Assembly: GCA_964252035.1 (NCBI GenBank)
Contig: OZ176200.1
Length of the DNA stretch: 64,000 nt
From: Podarcis erhardii
Taxonomy: Eukaryota
Strand: one strand, 5' to 3'
Under the pieces are notes generated by a model. It made no database searches. It saw only the letters and a program-made list of their open reading frames with translations, and was not told the origin of the DNA. Below are positions 60,440-64,000 of this stretch, piece after piece. How positions within the stretch are numbered: the stretch's first letter is position 1; every line of letters starts with the position of its first letter. Position numbers and translations under genes: made by a program.

Positions 60440-62007
60440 CTCTAATAAACCATGGTTTGGAGGGTTGCCGGAATAGATAGTAGAAAAAGTTTCTACCTAG
60501 CAGTGAGGATAACACATGGCCACCCTGAAGTCAGATGAATGGTGGAATAAAACTGTCTAAAATGCAATAATTTTTGGCTTAATCAGGAGATTTTAGAATA
60601 GAATTTTAGAACGCCATATTTAGAAGTTCCATCCTTTCAATGTATGCATCTCCTGGGGTGGGGGTCGTGGCGCTACTCCCGTTTCTCCATGGGTGATTTT
60701 GTCTGGAGAATTCTCAGACAGTGTTAGCTATTAATCATGAACAAAAACTGGGGATTGTTCTACTAATCGCTTTATGTCTCGGGAGACATTTGTTACTGAT
60801 GGTTGAGTGATCAAGGTGATTGCAGCTCAGAATGTAAATAGCAATGGAAGGGAGCGTTTGTGATGGGAAAGGAAGCAATTATTGCACAAGGTCAGGAGTA
60901 GTTTGCATGATGAGCAAAAGGACAGAAAAGCATGCCATCAAACCCTAGTGTGTTCTCTGTCCTTCTCTATCTTGATTTGAGGAGAAATGGCTTTAGGTCA
61001 GCCTACAATGGCAGAGCTGTAGGTAATTATTTGTGTGAAGATTTAAATTAAATGTGCTTGGTTTGGGGATACTTCTGTTGCTCACTTTTAAGAATCTGTC
61101 TTAGGCTGTGGTGCTTTGTTGCATGTGACATCCATTGAAGCATGTACAAAAATGTACAGGTGGGGTTCTGTTATGTCACTCAGTGTAACATGATATGCAA
61201 TTTGAAGTTGATTGATCAAAAGAATGGGGTGCTACTATGCTTATGTCTTTGAGTGCCTTTTGCTGGTGGTTTATTGGGCTCTCTCAATGACCTGTAAGTG
61301 GCTTACACCATTTTGTACATTCTCCCTCCTCTTTTGTTCCCCTTGTCTGTGGTCGCTACCTTCAGCACTTCCATCAAAATGACTTAGCAGTTGATGGTGG
61401 CACTATTTTGCTCTGCACAGTCTTCACAAGGAAACATTATCGTCTCCCTCTCTCTGTTCAGTCTATTCTCTCAGTTTGTTATTCAAGGAAGTGACACAAA
61501 ACAGGTAAGCCACAGATACCTGCATCTTTTCCCAAGTATGCTACTTCTCTCCAGTCTAGAAGCAACTTACCAGTATTGCATCTCATAGTATTCTAATCCA
61601 AAATGAGTATATCTGATGTATTGACCTTAGAACTTATATGACCAAGGCAAATTACTTTGGCTGAAAATATGATTTAGGTGCTCCAGTCATTCAGGTATTT
61701 TAATATGTATCCTAGCTTTTGTGCATATTAACATAATGATTTAGATTGTCCCAAATCTGTGCTTTGAGCTTTAAAATGATGCCAAGATTGCCTTGGCATG
61801 GAGAATTTTTGGTTTGCCAACAATTTCATTTTAAAAGTGTGGGTATTGAATAGGAAAAAGAAAAACTTGTGTGGGAGGAAGGGAAACAAACAAGTCAACT
61901 TGCAAAGACCACTTCATTGAGAATGAGTGGGATGTGGAGGGTAAACCCTTCTCTTCTGACAGTGTTCAAGGAGCTGCATGTTAATTGAGTTTATATAAAA
62001 CTGAAGG

Positions 62008-62170
62008 GAGGGGCTATAGCTCAATGGTGGAACACAGGCTTCATGTGCAGAAGTGTCTCTAGCCTAGCCCACTCCTTGGCACCAGATAGCCGGGGATGTA
62101 GAAGATCTCTAAGATCCTGGGTAGTCATTGCCAGTCAAGAGCATGGAATACTGATAGCTGAGAACCCAAA
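62008..62170 (+). mobile_element. Old tRNA-derived (LF-SINE-like) SINE
   Basis: GGGGCTATAGCTCAATGGTGGAACAC tRNA-like head followed by ...TTGCCAGTCAAGAG...AATACTGA, matching the body at 13740-13865. Confidence 0.5.
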
Positions 62171-64000
62171 ACAAGATTTGAGCTTGCAGATACGCAGCAG
62201 GTTGGTTTACTACACGGATGAGACCTCATTATTGAGCTTACTCTGTGGCATTGATGGTAAAGCAGAAACAATACTTAGCTGTCAAAATGGGGTTGTCTTG
62301 TACCCCCAGTAGTGTTTCCCACTGCTGCAGAAATGTTACATCTATCTGCATACAGAGTTAAGCTTTCACATTTTATTACTGTAAAGTGCTGGTGTCTAGA
62401 GGGCCTGAAGGAAAACTCTGCTGCTTCAGAAAAGCTTGCTGCATCTTAAAATGTGTGTCAGTCTGCAGGGCCAACAAGGTTACAAACATCTTGCACTTCA
62501 TGTGCTTAGTGTGGCTCATCAGAGAATTCTGTTCTAGTAGCGTAATTGCTTCCTGTCTCTGTGTATAGTTTACAATCTATGGGTCAGGAGCTTGACTTAG
62601 CATACAAAACCCCATCAGGGCCCAAGTTGGGTCAAGCTGATTCTTACACACATTATCAGTGAAGCGGATAAGACAAAATCACTAGCTGAGAGTGAGCTGT
62701 ACAGGGAATCTGAGGGCTGTGGGTCATTTGGAACACCTGGTCTGTTCCTAGCTGGAAAACAGCAAGGCGGTAGGCTCAAGATGGTTGCAGCAATAGGGAG
62801 CAGAATGTTTCTGTGTTTGTAACTGGCTACTCATTTTCCACTTTGTTGACACGTGACCATAGCCTGTTCATGTTAAGCAGTGTATTGTGTAATTGGGGAA
62901 CCAAGAAAAATGTCGTGGCAATCCCATCTTGTGATCAGAGCAGCTCCAAAAACATATACATTCCTAATAATGGAGGGTACCACCCTTTGGTTTCTAGCTC
63001 TCACTTTTTGCAGAGTTCAGCATTTAGCTGAATGCCCACTATGACCTGAAAGAAGGAGAAAATAAAGTGGCTGTGAAAGAGTGATTTGCCCAAGACCATC
63101 CAATTAGCTTCATGACTAGACAGCGATGTGAGTTCAAGGCCTTGTAGCTTAAGTCCAACAATGCTACAACCCTGCATATGGTGGAAAGTCACCAACTTGG
63201 TGTGGGAAACCTGCTGGGCACGCTAGTGTTTTACAGTGAGTGAAACAGCTCTCTGGGCATCACAGTTACTGTGTGAAACCTCCAGAACAGGTTGTGAATG
63301 GTTGAAAATCAAGTTAAATTAATTACAATAGTCATGTCATAAGGTGAGCTTTTCAGGTGCTTGTAAAAGTGAGCTAGATTTTGTGTAGACACTGCTGCCC
63401 TGGTCAAGTGTAAGCCAGTTTTGCAGCTTATAAAATTTGAAAAATGCACCCTTACACAAGTCCTGCATCTTTTTAACAAACGTCAAATAGTTCTCATGTT
63501 TATCTGGAATGCAGGCAAGTGGTCTTTCAATGCCTACATGAGCAACAATTCTACAATTTACAGAGATTGCTGGAAAATTTAATGGAAGAACTCAAGGGAC
63601 TATCTCACTAATAAATATTGCCCTGAAGGCTAAATGGAAAATCTAAAAAAACCCTGATAATTATTCAGCTCTGAAGATCAGGGAAAGAAGAGGAGAGAGA
63701 GAAAAACACTTTAGATAAAAGTGGTAGTCTTGTAATTTCTTGCACATTGGTTTTAACACCCCAGAGTCATTCAATCTGAATATAGTACATGAATCCCAGA
63801 GCTTATGTTCCCTTAGGCCTTTACAAAGTGAATAATTTGTAACTGCAGAATCTGATTATATATTCCAAGTCGGGTATAAATGAGTTTTGATTCTTGAATT
63901 TAGGGATAGTAAGTATGGCTGGCACATAGTTTAAAGTGCTTTGAAGTCCCTTCTTATTTTGCCATGTCAGTCCAGATATTGTGCAAAACTAAGGTTTGTG

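Noticed and set aside
603-63195. The bulk of the six-frame ORF track (60-140 aa ORFs)
   Set aside because: Short, often GTG/TTG-started, overlapping repeats or low-complexity DNA, with no recognisable domains or exon structure. Expected by chance in 64 kb of vertebrate DNA.

Overview
This is vertebrate genomic DNA. The repeat families (Sauria/Squam1 SINE, MIR-derived Squam3-like SINE, tRNA-Lys/CR1-tail SINE) point to a squamate reptile, probably a lacertid lizard. It is not prokaryotic: I see no operons, CRISPR array, rRNA gene or true tRNA gene, and almost all ORFs in the six-frame track look like chance ORFs in non-coding DNA. Two CpG-island promoters point away from each other. Gene A (minus strand, island ~8.0-10.8 kb) has a non-coding first exon ending at a perfect GTAAGT donor, with intron running off the left edge. 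Gene B (plus strand, island ~42.0-42.9 kb) has a 72-nt coding first exon for a signal-peptide-like N-terminus (MGLAGRSFGRTKCFAGRMLLLALL), followed by an apparent >21-kb intron. I could not name either gene. The rest is intergenic or intronic and rich in transposon relics: hAT MITEs with 8-bp TSDs, Tigger- and Tc2-like MITEs, L1 ORF1 and ORF2 relics, SINEs, a probable solo LTR and Penelope-like fragments. The most notable observation is a Penelope-derived hammerhead-ribozyme core locked inside a perfect 46-bp inverted repeat in intron 1 of gene B (42938-43106); a second, decayed copy lies at 20805-20859. I found no evidence for a wholly new multi-gene system. All calls were made by eye without database searches, and repeat-family names are recognitions from memory that need confirming.
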